The translations under genes were made by a program, and so were the position numbers. The notes beneath the pieces were generated by a model that made no database searches, had not been told where the DNA came from, and saw nothing but the letters and a program-made list of their open reading frames with translations. 54,104 bases of DNA from Alphaproteobacteria bacterium (GTDB lineage: Bacteria; Pseudomonadota; Alphaproteobacteria; CAAHEQ01; UBA3637): the NCBI GenBank assembly GCA_017453485.1, contig JAFTEW010000055.1, positions 1 to 54,104 of the forward strand, written 5' to 3'. Below are positions 36,516 through 47,919 of this stretch, one piece after another (position 1 is the first letter of the stretch; the number at the start of each line of letters is the position of its first letter).

Positions 36516-37597
36516 TGTTATATTATCTTCATTTATTGAAAGAAACAGTGACACCGTTTAATGTGTTCCAATATTTGACATTTCGGACCGGCGGATCCCT
36601 AATAACCGCTTTTTTGATTGTTTTATTGGCCGGACCTTGCTTTATTCGTTGGTTGAAATCAAAACAAGGAGAAGGACAACCCATTCGCTTGGATGGACCG
36701 CAAACACACTTGGCCAAAAAAGGAACACCGACGATGGGGGGACTATTGATTGTGGCGGCCGGTGTCCTGTCAACATTATTGTGGGCAAATCCGACAAATC
36801 CGTATGTTTGGGTAGTATTGGCTGTTTTTACGGGATTTGGGGCTATCGGTTTCGTGGATGATTACTTGAAATTGACACAGCATAATACGGCTGGTATTTC
36901 GGGGAAAAAACGTCTGGCTATTGAATTTGCGTTCAGTTTTGCGGCTTGTGCGGCCATGATTTGTCTGGAAAACGGGTCGATGGCGACAACGGTGACTATC
37001 CCGTTTTTTAAAAATATTTTGATTGATATTGGATGGTTCTATATTCCGTTTGTGTTGATTGTGATTGTCGGAACGGCCAATGCTGTTAATTTAACGGATG
37101 GCTTGGACGGCTTGGTCAGTGTACCCATCATTATGTCAATGTTGGTGTTTACGATTATTGCGTATTTATCAGGACATATCGTTTTTGCCGAGTATCTTCA
37201 TATTTATCATGTGAAGCAGGCTTCAGAGTTAACTGTCTTGGGTGGTGCTTTGATTGGTGGCACATTGGGCTTTTTATGGTATAATGCTCATCCGGCCCAA
37301 GTTTTTATGGGTGATACCGGTTCACTGGCCTTGGGTGGCGCTTTGGGAACAATGGCCGTCGCAACAAAACATGAAATCGTTTTGGCCATAGCCGGTGGTA
37401 TTTTTGTGGTAGAGGCCTTGTCCGATATTATTCAGGTTGGGTCTTATAAATTACGCCATAAAAGGGTCTTTTTGATGGCCCCGATTCATCACCATTTTGA
37501 AAAGAAAGGTTGGTCTGAAACAACGGTTGTTGTCCGGTTCTGGATTGTGTCTATTTTATTGGCGTTAGCGGCATTAGCAACATTGAAATTGAGGTAA
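36515..37597 (+). CDS. mraY: Phospho-N-acetylmuramoyl-pentapeptide transferase
   Basis: 360-aa polytopic protein with Kx[19 protein letters not shown] and [11 protein letters not shown] motifs. Confidence 0.96.
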   Translation: MLYYLHLLKETVTPFNVFQYLTFRTGGSLITAFLIVLLAGPCFIRWLKSKQGEGQPIRLDGPQTHLAKKGTPTMGGLLIVAAGVLSTLLWANPTNPYVWVVLAVFTGFGAIGFVDDYLKLTQHNTAGISGKKRLAIEFAFSFAACAAMICLENGSMATTVTIPFFKNILIDIGWFYIPFVLIVIVGTANAVNLTDGLDGLVSVPIIMSMLVFTIIAYLSGHIVFAEYLHIYHVKQASELTVLGGALIGGTLGFLWYNAHPAQVFMGDTGSLALGGALGTMAVATKHEIVLAIAGGIFVVEALSDIIQVGSYKLRHKRVFLMAPIHHHFEKKGWSETTVVVRFWIVSILLALAALATLKLR

Positions 37598-37600
37598 AAA

Positions 37601-38725
37601 ATGCTTCCTTTTTTAAAACGAATCCGAACAGAATTTTTGACAGCCTATCGGGGATTGGATAAAGCCGTTTTATATAGCGTTTTTATCCTGATGCTGTGCG
37701 GATTCTTTTTAATTTTGGCAGCCGGTCCTGCGACGGCCGAAAGAACACATTTTCCAACCTATCATTTCGTTATTCGTCAGGTCATTTGGTTGATTCCGAC
37801 GATAGTGGCACTGATTGTGACGGCTATTTTACCGGTGCGTCGTATCCGGCAATTATCGGGGTTAATCCTGATGGGGGGAATCCTGTGTATGATTTATATC
37901 ATTTTATTCGGTGCCCGAACAAAGGGAGCCGCTCGATGGTTGACCATCGGTCCGATTGGATTACAACCGTCCGAGTTTGTAAAACCCGCTTTTGCCGTTG
38001 TATGTGCCTGGCTATTGGCATCCGGCAGATTGATTAAAAAATTTCCGGGATATATATTGGCTGTTATGCTTTATGCCATTGTCGGATTTTTATTGCTGAA
38101 ACAACCCGATTTCGGTATGTTTTTGACCATTACAGCTATCTTTTTTGTTCAATTGTTTTTATCGGGAATTTCTTGGTGGCTGATTGGTGGATTAGGGGTA
38201 TTGGGTGCTGGTCTTTTACCGATAGCATATTTTTGTTTTGAACACGTTCGGTATCGTGTGGACCATTTTTTAGGGTTGGAAGCCGGAAAACCTTATCAAG
38301 TTGAAAAGTCATTGGAAACATTACATAATGCCGGCTGGTTTGGAAAAGGTCCCGGGGAAGGAATTGTCAAATATGATTTACCGGATGCTTATACCGACTT
38401 TATTTTGGCCGTTTCAGCCGAGGAGTTTGGTTTTATTCTGACGGCATTGCTGGTGTCTGTGTTTGCCTTTGTAATTATGCGGGGGTTCTGGCTTGTACGC
38501 AAAGAAAATAATTATTTTTGCCAAATAGCCGTTGCCGGCTTATTGACACAAATTTCTTTTCAGGTTATTGTCAATATGGGGTCAACCTTAAATCTGTTGC
38601 CGACAAAAGGGATGACATTACCGTTTATTTCCTACGGTGGGTCATCGTTGGTGTCAATGGGATTGGCATTCGGATTTATTTTGGGTTTGATACACAGCCG
38701 AACATTAAGTAAGGGGTTAGAGTAA
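37601..38725 (+). CDS. ftsW: Cell division / peptidoglycan polymerase FtsW (SEDS family)
   Basis: 374-aa SEDS protein with QPSEFVKP, TDFILAVSAEEFGF and LPTKGMTLPFISYGGSS motifs. It follows mraY directly, with no murD between them. Confidence 0.92.
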   Translation: MLPFLKRIRTEFLTAYRGLDKAVLYSVFILMLCGFFLILAAGPATAERTHFPTYHFVIRQVIWLIPTIVALIVTAILPVRRIRQLSGLILMGGILCMIYIILFGARTKGAARWLTIGPIGLQPSEFVKPAFAVVCAWLLASGRLIKKFPGYILAVMLYAIVGFLLLKQPDFGMFLTITAIFFVQLFLSGISWWLIGGLGVLGAGLLPIAYFCFEHVRYRVDHFLGLEAGKPYQVEKSLETLHNAGWFGKGPGEGIVKYDLPDAYTDFILAVSAEEFGFILTALLVSVFAFVIMRGFWLVRKENNYFCQIAVAGLLTQISFQVIVNMGSTLNLLPTKGMTLPFISYGGSSLVSMGLAFGFILGLIHSRTLSKGLE

Positions 38726-39840
38726 TGAAAAAAGGACAGACAGAGAATCAACAACCGCTCATTTTTGTGACTACCGGGGGTAGCGGTGGACATATCTTTC
38801 CGGCCGAAGCCATAGCCGCAGCACTGGTTGAGAAGGGGGCCCGTGTTGCTTTTTTAACGGATCGCCGGGGACAGGCCTTTCAAGGGCTTAAAAATGTTGC
38901 TGTTTATCGCCTAATGGCCGAATCGGTGACGGGGCGTTCAATCTTCGGAAAATTGGCTGCCGCCGTTAAACTATATATCGGAACGGTTCAAGCCATCTTT
39001 TATTGCTATAAGTTAAAACCGAAAGCTATTGTCGGTGTGGGTGGATATGCTTCAATTCCGGCGGTTATGGCCGGTCATTTAAGCAGAATACCGGTTATAT
39101 TACACGAACAAAATGCCGTTTTGGGGCGGGCTAATCGTTTTTTGGCAAAAGGGACACGGTTAATTGGAACCTCTTTCCAACCGATGTTGCGGGCACCGAA
39201 AGGTATCCCACAGGTTCAGGTCGGTTTACCGGTGCGTGCCGCTATTTTGGCGTGTCGGGGAACGCCTTATCCGAAATTTAAGGATATTTTCCATTTGTTT
39301 GTATTCGGGGGTAGCCAGGGTGCTCGGTTTTTTAGCCAAAAATTGCCTGAGGCTTTATTGAAATTAAAACCGGAAATACGGGAAAAAATTGACCTGGTTC
39401 AACAGGTGCGACCGGAAGATATGGCTACGGCCCGACAATTTTATGATAAAGCTGGATTTAAAAAAATAACGCTTAAATCTTTCTTCACGGATATGCCGGA
39501 ACAATTAAAGAAAGCGCATCTGGTTATCGGTCGGGGCGGTGCCGGCACTTTAACGGAATTAATGGTTGTCGGACGTCCGGCAATTATTGTGCCTTTACCG
39601 ACTGCGGCTGATAATCATCAGGAGGAAAATGCTCGCCTTTTTTGCGATAAGGGAGCCGGATGGATAGTTTTGGAAGCCGATTATCAGCCCCAAACGTTGG
39701 CCGATCGGTTGGAACAATTGATAACGCATCCGGAACGGTTGGAAAAAGCCGCCCAGTGTGCTTATGATATTGCGCCGGAAAAAGCTGCTGAAAAAATGGC
39801 TGGTGCTATTCTGGATATTGTTAAAGGAAATCAAAAATGA
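38725..39840 (+). CDS. murG: UDP-GlcNAc:lipid I N-acetylglucosaminyltransferase
   Basis: TGGSGGHIFPAEAIA, GGYASIPA and GRGGAGTLTELMVVGRPAIIVPLP...DNHQEENA motifs. Confidence 0.95.
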   Translation: MKKGQTENQQPLIFVTTGGSGGHIFPAEAIAAALVEKGARVAFLTDRRGQAFQGLKNVAVYRLMAESVTGRSIFGKLAAAVKLYIGTVQAIFYCYKLKPKAIVGVGGYASIPAVMAGHLSRIPVILHEQNAVLGRANRFLAKGTRLIGTSFQPMLRAPKGIPQVQVGLPVRAAILACRGTPYPKFKDIFHLFVFGGSQGARFFSQKLPEALLKLKPEIREKIDLVQQVRPEDMATARQFYDKAGFKKITLKSFFTDMPEQLKKAHLVIGRGGAGTLTELMVVGRPAIIVPLPTAADNHQEENARLFCDKGAGWIVLEADYQPQTLADRLEQLITHPERLEKAAQCAYDIAPEKAAEKMAGAILDIVKGNQK

Positions 39841-41240
39841 AACTGCCTCTTCCATTGAAAAAAATCCATTTTATCGGTATCGGCGGCATCGGGATGAGTG
39901 CAATTGCCGAAATGTTGCATGATATCGGCATTTCGGTTCAGGGATCGGATGCCGTTCAAAATGCCAATACGCTTCGGGTAGCCAAGCAGGGGATCCCGGT
40001 CTTTATCGGCCATGATTTGAAAAATTTGGACGGAGCCGATGCCGTTGTGATATCCAGTGCCATCAAACCCGATAATCCAGAATTGATAGAGGCGCGTCGG
40101 CGCGGATTACCCATCGGACACCGTTCCGAAATGTTGGCTGAAATTTTAAAGTATAAACAAAGTATCTGTGTGTCCGGAACACATGGGAAAACAACGACGT
40201 CTTCCCTGATTGCCAGTCTGATGATGGAATCAGGTAAAAAACCCAGTTTTATTATCGGTGGCATTTTGAATGCCAAAGCATCAAATGCGCAGTTGGGAAA
40301 AGGGGATTGGGTTGTTGTGGAGGCTGATGAATCGGATGGTTCTTTTTTGCGCTTACCGACTACGATTTCCGTAATTACTAACATTGATCCCGAACATTTG
40401 GACTACTATCGCACATTTGAAAATGAAAAAAATGCCTATCGGACTTTTATTCAAAAAACGGCCTTTTACGGATGTACAGTGGCCTGCTTTGACCATCCGG
40501 TCGTGCGGGAGTTAATTGCCTCGGTTCCCGAACGAAAAATTATTACTTACGGATTGAGTAAACAGGCCGATGTTCATCCGGATCATATTCGCCCGACTAA
40601 AACGGGTTTTGTGTTGGATGTTTTTGTGCGGCAGGGGCATAAATTTCGAAAATTGAAGGATGTGACCCTATCCTTAATGGGAGAACATAATATTGCCAAT
40701 GCAATGGCTATGGTGGCCGTCGGATCTTATTTAAATCTATCGGATAAGGCCATTCGAAAAACGTTATCTTCGTTTAAGGGGATTCAAAGACGGTTAACAT
40801 TGCGGGGCTCTATCGGGCACGAAGTTTATATTTATGATGATTATGCTCATCATCCCGTTGAAATACGGGCAACAATAAAGGCTTTGAAAAACAGTGCACC
40901 GCATCAGGTTATTGCTGTTTTTCAACCGCATCGTTACACCCGATTACGGGATTTATGGCAGGATTTTTTGGGCGCTTTTGACGAAGCTGATGCTGTCTTG
41001 GTGTGTGATGTCTATTCGGCCGGTGAAAGCCCGATTCCGGATATAACAGGGGCTAAGTTTGCGCAAGAATTATCGCAAAAACATCGCCAAGTGCAATATG
41101 TGCCCGATTTTGAAAATTTACCGGTGGCTTTACAAAAAGTATTACAGCCGCAGGATTATATCGTTTGTTTGGGTGCCGGTTCCATTTCGGCACAATCCGT
41201 GGTGTTGGCTCAAAAAATGAAGGGAATGGTTAAATGTTAA
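39837..41240 (+). CDS. murC: UDP-N-acetylmuramate--L-alanine ligase
   Basis: IHFIGIGGIGMSAIAEML, P-loop VSGTHGKTTTSSLI and DDYAHHPVEI motifs. Confidence 0.96.
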   Translation: MKLPLPLKKIHFIGIGGIGMSAIAEMLHDIGISVQGSDAVQNANTLRVAKQGIPVFIGHDLKNLDGADAVVISSAIKPDNPELIEARRRGLPIGHRSEMLAEILKYKQSICVSGTHGKTTTSSLIASLMMESGKKPSFIIGGILNAKASNAQLGKGDWVVVEADESDGSFLRLPTTISVITNIDPEHLDYYRTFENEKNAYRTFIQKTAFYGCTVACFDHPVVRELIASVPERKIITYGLSKQADVHPDHIRPTKTGFVLDVFVRQGHKFRKLKDVTLSLMGEHNIANAMAMVAVGSYLNLSDKAIRKTLSSFKGIQRRLTLRGSIGHEVYIYDDYAHHPVEIRATIKALKNSAPHQVIAVFQPHRYTRLRDLWQDFLGAFDEADAVLVCDVYSAGESPIPDITGAKFAQELSQKHRQVQYVPDFENLPVALQKVLQPQDYIVCLGAGSISAQSVVLAQKMKGMVKC

Positions 41241-42166
41241 AGTGGTTAAAACACCTATTCTATCATACACGATTAAGACGGCGGATGCCGGTATTGCGTG
41301 GACGTGTTTTGGAAGATGAGCCGTTGGCCAAAAAAACATGGTTCGGTGTCGGAGGAACGGCCGATATTTATGTTGAACCGGCCGATACGGATGATTTAGC
41401 GCACCTGGTTAAAACACTTCCGGATGAACCGCTGACGATTTTAGGAGCAGGTAGTAATGTCCTTGTTTTGGATGGCGGGATTCCGGGGATTACCGTTCAT
41501 TTGGGAAAATCGTTTTCTTACATTCGGGTTCAGGAAGACCGATTGATTTGTGGTGCCGGTGCTTTATTAAAAGATGTGGCCCGTGTGGCCGAAAAAAACA
41601 ATATTGCCGGATTGGAATTTCTGTCCGGTATTCCGGGGTCGGTCGGTGGGGCCGTTCGGATGAATGCCGGGGCTTTTAAACAATCATTGAGTGATCGAAT
41701 GATTGCGTTGAAATCTATGACGGGAAACGGGGATATATCTGATATCGATCCGAAACAAATGAACATTTTTGAGTATCGTAAGTGTTATTTGCCAGAAGAT
41801 TGGATTTTTCTGGAAGTTATTTTACAGGGTGAAAAAGTTAAAAACGGTGATGATATTCGGGCTAAAATGCAACAGTATAAGAAAAAGCGGGAAGCATCTC
41901 AACCGCAAGGTGTGCGAACAGCCGGCTCTACATTTAAGAACCCAGACGGATTACAGGCGTGGAAATTGATTGATAAAGCGGGTCTGCGTGGTTTTCGCGT
42001 TGGAGGTGCCGTCGTATCAGAAAAGCATGCTAATTTTTTAATTAACGATAAAGGGGCGACAGCGGCTGATATTGAAAATCTGGGCGAAAAGATTCGCGAG
42101 AAAGTAAAAAAGGAACAGGGGGTCCATTTGGAATGGGAAGTGCGCCGTTTGGGGGTTCGAAAATGA
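41234..42166 (+). CDS. murB: UDP-N-acetylenolpyruvoylglucosamine reductase
   Basis: FAD-binding PCMH domain (GVGGTADIYVEP, LGAGSNVLV), GSTFKNP and HANFLIN motifs. Confidence 0.95.
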   Translation: MLKWLKHLFYHTRLRRRMPVLRGRVLEDEPLAKKTWFGVGGTADIYVEPADTDDLAHLVKTLPDEPLTILGAGSNVLVLDGGIPGITVHLGKSFSYIRVQEDRLICGAGALLKDVARVAEKNNIAGLEFLSGIPGSVGGAVRMNAGAFKQSLSDRMIALKSMTGNGDISDIDPKQMNIFEYRKCYLPEDWIFLEVILQGEKVKNGDDIRAKMQQYKKKREASQPQGVRTAGSTFKNPDGLQAWKLIDKAGLRGFRVGGAVVSEKHANFLINDKGATAADIENLGEKIREKVKKEQGVHLEWEVRRLGVRK

Positions 42167-43083
42167 AAAAGGTTCTGGTGCTTCAAGGCGGATTGTCCAG
42201 CGAACGAGATATTTCACTGATGAGCGGACAAATGGTGGCAACGGCTTTGAAAACTGCCGGTTATACGGTTGTTTCTCATGATTTGACGGCGGATACAGAT
42301 TTATTTTTAAAAACAGTCAAACAGGAAAAACCGGATGTCATTTTTAATGCGTTGCACGGCAGATATGGGGAAGACGGATGTATCCAAGGGATGTTGAATC
42401 TTCTGCACATACCTTACACGCATTCTGGGGTATTGGCTTCTGCTATCGGAATGAATAAGAATATGACCCGGCAATTAGCTGATCGAATCGGTATTTCGGT
42501 GGCCGAAGGCGGTCTGATGACAAAGGCAATTTTTCAAACAAAAAATTTTAAATTTCCCTATGTAGTCAAACCAAACGGGGATGGTTCTTCCGTCGGTGTC
42601 TTTATCGTTCATTCCGAATTGGAAAAACAAGAAATGTTGGCTACGTGGCTCCCGGATGAGAAAAAGTTGATTGAAACCTACATTCCGGGACGGGAATTGT
42701 CAGTAGCTGTTTTGGATGATCAGTCTTTGGGAGTAGTCGAAATCATTCCCAAAACCGGTTATTATGATTTTAAGAACAAATATACGGATGGAGCAGCCAT
42801 TCACGAAATTCCGGCAAAGATACCAGAGACTATTGCTCGGCAAGTTATGACAATGGCCGAACAGATACATCGTGAAATTGGTTGTCGCGGTGTATCGCGA
42901 AGTGATTTCCGATTGGATGATGTGACGGATGCTGGGAATCCGAAAGCCGTTTTTTTAGAAATCAATACAAATCCGGGTATGACACGATTGTCCCTTGTGC
43001 CGGAAATTGCCCGAATTTGCCAGGGTATGAGTTATGAGCAACTTGTTTCCCGATTGGTGGAGGAAGCCACATGCGACGCGTAA
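42163..43083 (+). CDS. ddl: D-alanine--D-alanine ligase
   Basis: MKKVLVLQGGLSSERDISLMSG, HGRYGEDGCIQGMLN, KPNGDGSSVGV and LEINTNPGMT motifs. An ATGA start/stop overlap with murB at 42163-42166. Confidence 0.95.
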   Translation: MKKVLVLQGGLSSERDISLMSGQMVATALKTAGYTVVSHDLTADTDLFLKTVKQEKPDVIFNALHGRYGEDGCIQGMLNLLHIPYTHSGVLASAIGMNKNMTRQLADRIGISVAEGGLMTKAIFQTKNFKFPYVVKPNGDGSSVGVFIVHSELEKQEMLATWLPDEKKLIETYIPGRELSVAVLDDQSLGVVEIIPKTGYYDFKNKYTDGAAIHEIPAKIPETIARQVMTMAEQIHREIGCRGVSRSDFRLDDVTDAGNPKAVFLEINTNPGMTRLSLVPEIARICQGMSYEQLVSRLVEEATCDA

Positions 43084-43844
43084 AACAAAAAAAATCGTTT
43101 TTAAAAAGTAAAACCGGAATGGGTATTTTTGTTTTAATCATGTTGACCGTTGGGGGATTTTTCCTGCGCCCTTATATTCAGATGGCCGGAGAAAAAGTTC
43201 GGGAATTTTATCGACAAACAACCGAGAAAGCTGATTTGATCTTGGAACAGATTACCGTTGAAGGCCGCAATCGAACCGGTTTGGATGAATTGAATAAAGC
43301 TTTATCCGGTGTTGAAAAAGGTATGCCGATTTTTGATATTTCTTTGACGGAAATTCAGGAAAAAACCGAGGCGCTACCCTGGGTTAAAACAGCCGTTATT
43401 GAGCGGCATTGGCCATCAACACTTTATATCAGAATTGTTGAAAAAACGCCGATTGCCGTGTGGCAGAACAATAAAAAATATCTGCCGCTGGACGAAGACG
43501 GAAAGCCTATTCCGGACAGTGAAACACACTTACCGGACAATCTGATTTTGGTTGTTGGTCAGGATGCGCCGGCTCGGACACCGGCGTTGTTGAAAGCCTT
43601 GAATAATTACCCGGATATTCGGGAAAAAGTTCGTTCGGCCGTGCGAATCGGACAACGTCGTTGGAACCTGAATTTAAATGAAGTTGACGGTATCACAGTT
43701 CAATTGCCCGAAGTTAATATTGACAGCGCTTTGTCCCGATTAAATACGGCCATTGAGCGGGATAAAATTTTAAAACGGGATTTACAATTGATTGATTTGC
43801 GTCTGGCAGAACGCGTCAGGATTCAGTTAAAGGAAAGGAAATAG
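43071..43844 (+). CDS. ftsQ: Cell division protein FtsQ
   Basis: Bitopic protein with a POTRA domain (ITVEGRNRTGLDEL...LPWVKTAVIERHWPSTLYIRIVEKTPIAVW) in the conserved dcw position. Confidence 0.9.
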   Translation: MRRVKQKKSFLKSKTGMGIFVLIMLTVGGFFLRPYIQMAGEKVREFYRQTTEKADLILEQITVEGRNRTGLDELNKALSGVEKGMPIFDISLTEIQEKTEALPWVKTAVIERHWPSTLYIRIVEKTPIAVWQNNKKYLPLDEDGKPIPDSETHLPDNLILVVGQDAPARTPALLKALNNYPDIREKVRSAVRIGQRRWNLNLNEVDGITVQLPEVNIDSALSRLNTAIERDKILKRDLQLIDLRLAERVRIQLKERK

Positions 43845-43846
43845 GT

Positions 43847-45091
43847 ATGTTTTTGTTTCGGACCAAGGCCAAGTCATACATCACCGTTTTGGATATTGGC
43901 ACGTTTAAGGTTTGCGGTTTTATGGCGCACTTGATGGCCGACGGAACGCCTGAAATTATCGGCGTCGGCTTTGCCGAAGCCAAAGGAATCAGCGCCGGCA
44001 CGATTGTTGATTTGGATAAAGCAACGGAGTGTATCGGCGCTGTTTTAACGCAGATTGAACGACAGGCTGGTCATGCGGTTGAATCGGTGACGGTGAATAT
44101 ATCATCGGCTCATTTGAAATCCCATCATTTATCCCGTGAAACGGCCATTGATGATGATCACCCCATTACAGCGTCGGATGTAAAACATTTGGTGGATGAA
44201 ATAATTGCCTCTGTCCCGCCGGAAGAAAATGTACTTCACAGTTGCCCGCTCAGTTATACTATCAACAAAGATCAAATTGTTGCCGAACCGTGGGGGCTTT
44301 ATGCGGACAGCCTGAAAGCCTATGTGCATGTCATAACCATTCAGGAAACAGAACTAAAAAATTTGGTAACGGTTTTGGATCGGTGCCACGTAGATATGGA
44401 TTACAAAGTGGCGACTCCTTATGCAACGGCATTGGCTGTGTTGACGGATGAAGAAAAAGATGTCGGTGCAACCCTGTTGGATATCGGGGCCGGGACGACC
44501 TCATTTGCTTTGTTTATGAATGGATGGCTGATGCATTTGGGCTTAATCCCGCAAGGGGGTAATCAAATGACGCGGGATATAGCCCGAGGGCTCAGTTGTT
44601 CCATGACAACGGCGGAACGGTTAAAAACGTTAAGCGGTGCCGCCTTTTTATCACCACGGGACGAACTGGAACGATTGATTGTGCCGATGATTGGTGAAGA
44701 AACCGAAAACAATACCCATATCCCGCGATCAGAATTGATAAAAATAATCATTCCCCGCTTGGAGGAAATCCTGGAACAGGTTGGTATCCGATTGAACCAG
44801 CGCGAATCATTCAGTATGGCAGCACATCGAATTGTTTTGGCCGGCGGAACAGCACAATTACAGGGAATAAAGGAAAAAATAGAGGCAGTTTTGAATACGA
44901 ATGTGCGAATTGGTAAAGCAAATGTAATAAAAAACTTGCCAAATCAATTTGATTCATATACATTCTTAACATGTATCGGGTTACTCCGGTATGTGATGGC
45001 GCAAACAAAAACGGTGGCGACAAAGCATTTCCGGGGGCAAAACCAACAAAAAAGTCGTTTGGGAAAGGTCTTACAATGGTTGATGAAGTAG
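43847..45091 (+). CDS. ftsA: Cell division protein FtsA
   Basis: Actin/HSP70-fold motifs ([35 protein letters not shown]) in the conserved position upstream of ftsZ. Confidence 0.93.
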   Translation: MFLFRTKAKSYITVLDIGTFKVCGFMAHLMADGTPEIIGVGFAEAKGISAGTIVDLDKATECIGAVLTQIERQAGHAVESVTVNISSAHLKSHHLSRETAIDDDHPITASDVKHLVDEIIASVPPEENVLHSCPLSYTINKDQIVAEPWGLYADSLKAYVHVITIQETELKNLVTVLDRCHVDMDYKVATPYATALAVLTDEEKDVGATLLDIGAGTTSFALFMNGWLMHLGLIPQGGNQMTRDIARGLSCSMTTAERLKTLSGAAFLSPRDELERLIVPMIGEETENNTHIPRSELIKIIIPRLEEILEQVGIRLNQRESFSMAAHRIVLAGGTAQLQGIKEKIEAVLNTNVRIGKANVIKNLPNQFDSYTFLTCIGLLRYVMAQTKTVATKHFRGQNQQKSRLGKVLQWLMK

Positions 45092-46605
45092 TTGAAAATA
45101 ATGAATTATCTATCGGATTAGCAACACCGCCGCCGGAGGTTTTGCTGACACCAAACATCGGCGTCATCGGTGTAGGCGGTGCCGGTGGTAATGCGGTCAA
45201 TAATATGATTCAATCGGGATTATCCGGTGTGTCTTTTTTTGCTGCTAATACGGATGCACAGGCTTTATCAAAATCATTAGTTGCCGATAAAATACAGTTA
45301 GGGGTTGCTGTGACCAAAGGATTGGGAGCCGGTTCCAATCCGGAAGTCGGTAAAGCGGCTGCCGAAGAATCAACAGATAAAATTCGGGAAGCGTTAACGG
45401 GACTGCATTTGTTATTTCTGACGGCCGGTATGGGGGGGGGCACGGGAACGGGAGCGGCCCCGGTAGTGGCCAAATTAGCCAAGGAAATGAATATTTTGAC
45501 CGTTGGTGTTGTTTCAAAACCGTTTAATTTTGAAGGCAGTCGGCGTATGAAAACAGCTGATCAGGGAATCGTGGAATTACAAAAATATGTGGATACCCTG
45601 ATTGTTATTCCTAATCAGAATTTATACCGCATTGCCGGTGAAAAGATGACCTTTGCCGAAGGGTTTAAAATTGCTGATAATGTTCTCTGTCAGGGGGTGC
45701 GCAGCATTACGGATCTGATTATGAAACCAGGACTGATTAACCTGGACTTTGCAGACGTTAAAACTGTTCTGTCCACAATGGGACGGTCCATGATGGGAAC
45801 GGGTGAAGCCAGTGGTGAAAATCGAGCCTTAGAGGCTGCTGAGCAGGCTATTTCCAATCCGCTATTGGATAATACATCTGTGAAAGGGGCCCGCAGTTTG
45901 TTGTTAAATATTTCGGGCGGTATGGATTTAACAATGAATGAAGTTGATGCTGCTGCTGAACGAATCCGGTCTGAATTAGATCCGAACGCCAACATTATTT
46001 TCGGGGCTATTTTGGATGAAGAAATTGCCGGAAAAATGCGGGTGTCGTTGGTGGCAACCGGCATTGATGATATGGTAAACGGCACCGTTGAAACCCAGGT
46101 TGAAAAGCCAGTCGTCCCAGAGCCGAAACCAGTTAATGTAACACCACCGGAATCGCCCATTATGCTGTCCGAAAAAACAACTGAAATTAAGGTGGAAACA
46201 CCTCCTGTTGCAGAAGAGGAAATTTCTCTGCTTCCCAAAGAACCGGAACCGTTTATGATACCGGACCGTGTTGCGGAACCGGTTCGACCGGATATGGTGA
46301 TTACGTTTGATGAATCGCCGATTGTACCGGAACCAGAGTTGCTGAATGATCCGACACCGATTATGCCGGAGCCGGTTGCTATCCTGGATATTCCTGAGGT
46401 CCAACCGGAAATCAATATGGAGCCTAAAAAAGCGGAAGAAAATGTCAAGCCGGTATCCGGCAGCATTTGGGACAGTTTATTTCGTCCGATGAAGAAAAAA
46501 ACGCCTAAAATAGCGCCTAAAAAGGAAGAACATACCGAACCGTCCTTTTTGGATGATTTGGAATCCGAAATGGATTTGCCACCGTTTTTAAAACAACGGA
46601 GATAA
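45076..46605 (+). CDS. ftsZ: Cell division GTPase FtsZ with long P/E-rich linker
   Basis: The ATG at 45076 gives MVDEVVENN...[17 protein letters not shown]. The tubulin signature [10 protein letters not shown] is present, followed by a ~170-aa Pro/Glu/Val-rich linker and the conserved C-terminal peptide [10 protein letters not shown]. Confidence 0.96.
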   Translation: MVDEVVENNELSIGLATPPPEVLLTPNIGVIGVGGAGGNAVNNMIQSGLSGVSFFAANTDAQALSKSLVADKIQLGVAVTKGLGAGSNPEVGKAAAEESTDKIREALTGLHLLFLTAGMGGGTGTGAAPVVAKLAKEMNILTVGVVSKPFNFEGSRRMKTADQGIVELQKYVDTLIVIPNQNLYRIAGEKMTFAEGFKIADNVLCQGVRSITDLIMKPGLINLDFADVKTVLSTMGRSMMGTGEASGENRALEAAEQAISNPLLDNTSVKGARSLLLNISGGMDLTMNEVDAAAERIRSELDPNANIIFGAILDEEIAGKMRVSLVATGIDDMVNGTVETQVEKPVVPEPKPVNVTPPESPIMLSEKTTEIKVETPPVAEEEISLLPKEPEPFMIPDRVAEPVRPDMVITFDESPIVPEPELLNDPTPIMPEPVAILDIPEVQPEINMEPKKAEENVKPVSGSIWDSLFRPMKKKTPKIAPKKEEHTEPSFLDDLESEMDLPPFLKQRR

Positions 46606-46611
46606 ACTGAT

Positions 46612-47868
46612 ATGGCGGAAAACTTAAAGCCCCGCCAAAGTGCTGTGCGAATTTTGATCCGTATTTTGGCGGAAGGTTTGACGACAGATAAAGCCATTGA
46701 AATAGAAAAAGATTATGGGGCTTATTCCGAATCAGATCGGCATTTCATTCGGTTGTTGATTATGACAACGTTGCGGCGTCTGGGACAAATTGACGGGGTC
46801 CTTAATAAATTATTGAATCGTCCGTTGCCCGGTAAACAAAGAACAGTTTTAATGATTTTGCGGTTGGCTGTCGCCCAATTTTTGTTTTTAAAAACGCCTG
46901 ATTATGCGGTGGTTCATACAGCTGTTTCTTTGACCCGTCGTTTCCACTTTGACGGGTTGACCGGATTGGTCAACGGCGTTTTACGTCATTTGATTCGATT
47001 ACAAAATCCTTTGCAGGGACTTGAAAACCCAGAGGTGAATTTACCGAATTGGCTGTATCGTTCATGGGTTCAAACCTATGGTGAGACGACAAGTAAAGGT
47101 ATTGCCGCAACTGTCTTAATTCCCCCACCTTTGGATATAACGGTTTTAAAACATCCGGAACAATCAGCCCAAAAGTGGAATGGACAGATTTTATCAACAG
47201 GCAGTATTCGGGTTCCGGTTTCCGTGCCGACGGAATTGGCTGATTTTGAAACAGAATGTTGCTGGGTTCAAAATGCAGCCGCTAGCGTCCCAGCACAATT
47301 ATTGACAAAGCCAAGGGGGAAAAAAATTGCTGATTTATGTGCTGCCCCGGGTGGAAAAACAGCCCAATTAGCAGGAATGGGAGCCTTTGTGACGGCTTTT
47401 GATATTTCCGAAAATCGGTTGAAACGATTACGGGAAAATATGGAGCGTTTAGGCCTGTCGGATCAGGTTCGTGTTATTGCTGCCGATGCATTAACTATTC
47501 CGTCGGAGCAGCAGTTTGATGCGGTTTTATTGGATGCTCCCTGCTCGGCGACGGGCACGTTGGCGCGTCATCCCGAAATTAAATATCATCGGACGGCAGA
47601 AGATGTGATGCGGTTGTCTGATTTGCAGCGTCAACTGTTGAATAAGGCTTTGGACTTAATTCCGTCCGGAGGGGAGGTTGTCTTTTCTACCTGTTCTCTG
47701 CAACCTGAGGAAGGTCCCGATGTCGTCGCATTCGTTTTGGACCGAGCCGATATTGTTCCGCCGACGGATATGCGTTGGAAACCATATTTAACAGAACAGG
47801 GGGCTTTACGATTCCTGCCGACAGATGGTTTTGACGGTTTTTTTGTATGCTTGCTTCGAAAGAAATAG
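46612..47868 (+). CDS. rsmB: 16S rRNA (cytosine967-C5)-methyltransferase
   Basis: NusB-like N-terminal domain, SAM fold (DLCAAPGGKT) and the catalytic motifs DAPCSATGT and FSTCSLQPEE. Confidence 0.9.
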   Translation: MAENLKPRQSAVRILIRILAEGLTTDKAIEIEKDYGAYSESDRHFIRLLIMTTLRRLGQIDGVLNKLLNRPLPGKQRTVLMILRLAVAQFLFLKTPDYAVVHTAVSLTRRFHFDGLTGLVNGVLRHLIRLQNPLQGLENPEVNLPNWLYRSWVQTYGETTSKGIAATVLIPPPLDITVLKHPEQSAQKWNGQILSTGSIRVPVSVPTELADFETECCWVQNAAASVPAQLLTKPRGKKIADLCAAPGGKTAQLAGMGAFVTAFDISENRLKRLRENMERLGLSDQVRVIAADALTIPSEQQFDAVLLDAPCSATGTLARHPEIKYHRTAEDVMRLSDLQRQLLNKALDLIPSGGEVVFSTCSLQPEEGPDVVAFVLDRADIVPPTDMRWKPYLTEQGALRFLPTDGFDGFFVCLLRKK

Positions 47869-47919
47869 AGGACTATTTTTTACTGGACAAGAGGAACTTT
47901 TTGCCTTATAAATAAACGT

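Noticed and set aside
45690-46697. 335-aa ORF antisense to the ftsZ linker region
   Set aside because: It is a low-complexity Gly/Ser/Ile-rich shadow of the P/E-rich FtsZ linker, and FtsZ on the plus strand is unambiguous. The same reasoning rejects 45210-45517(-) and 45976-46404(-).
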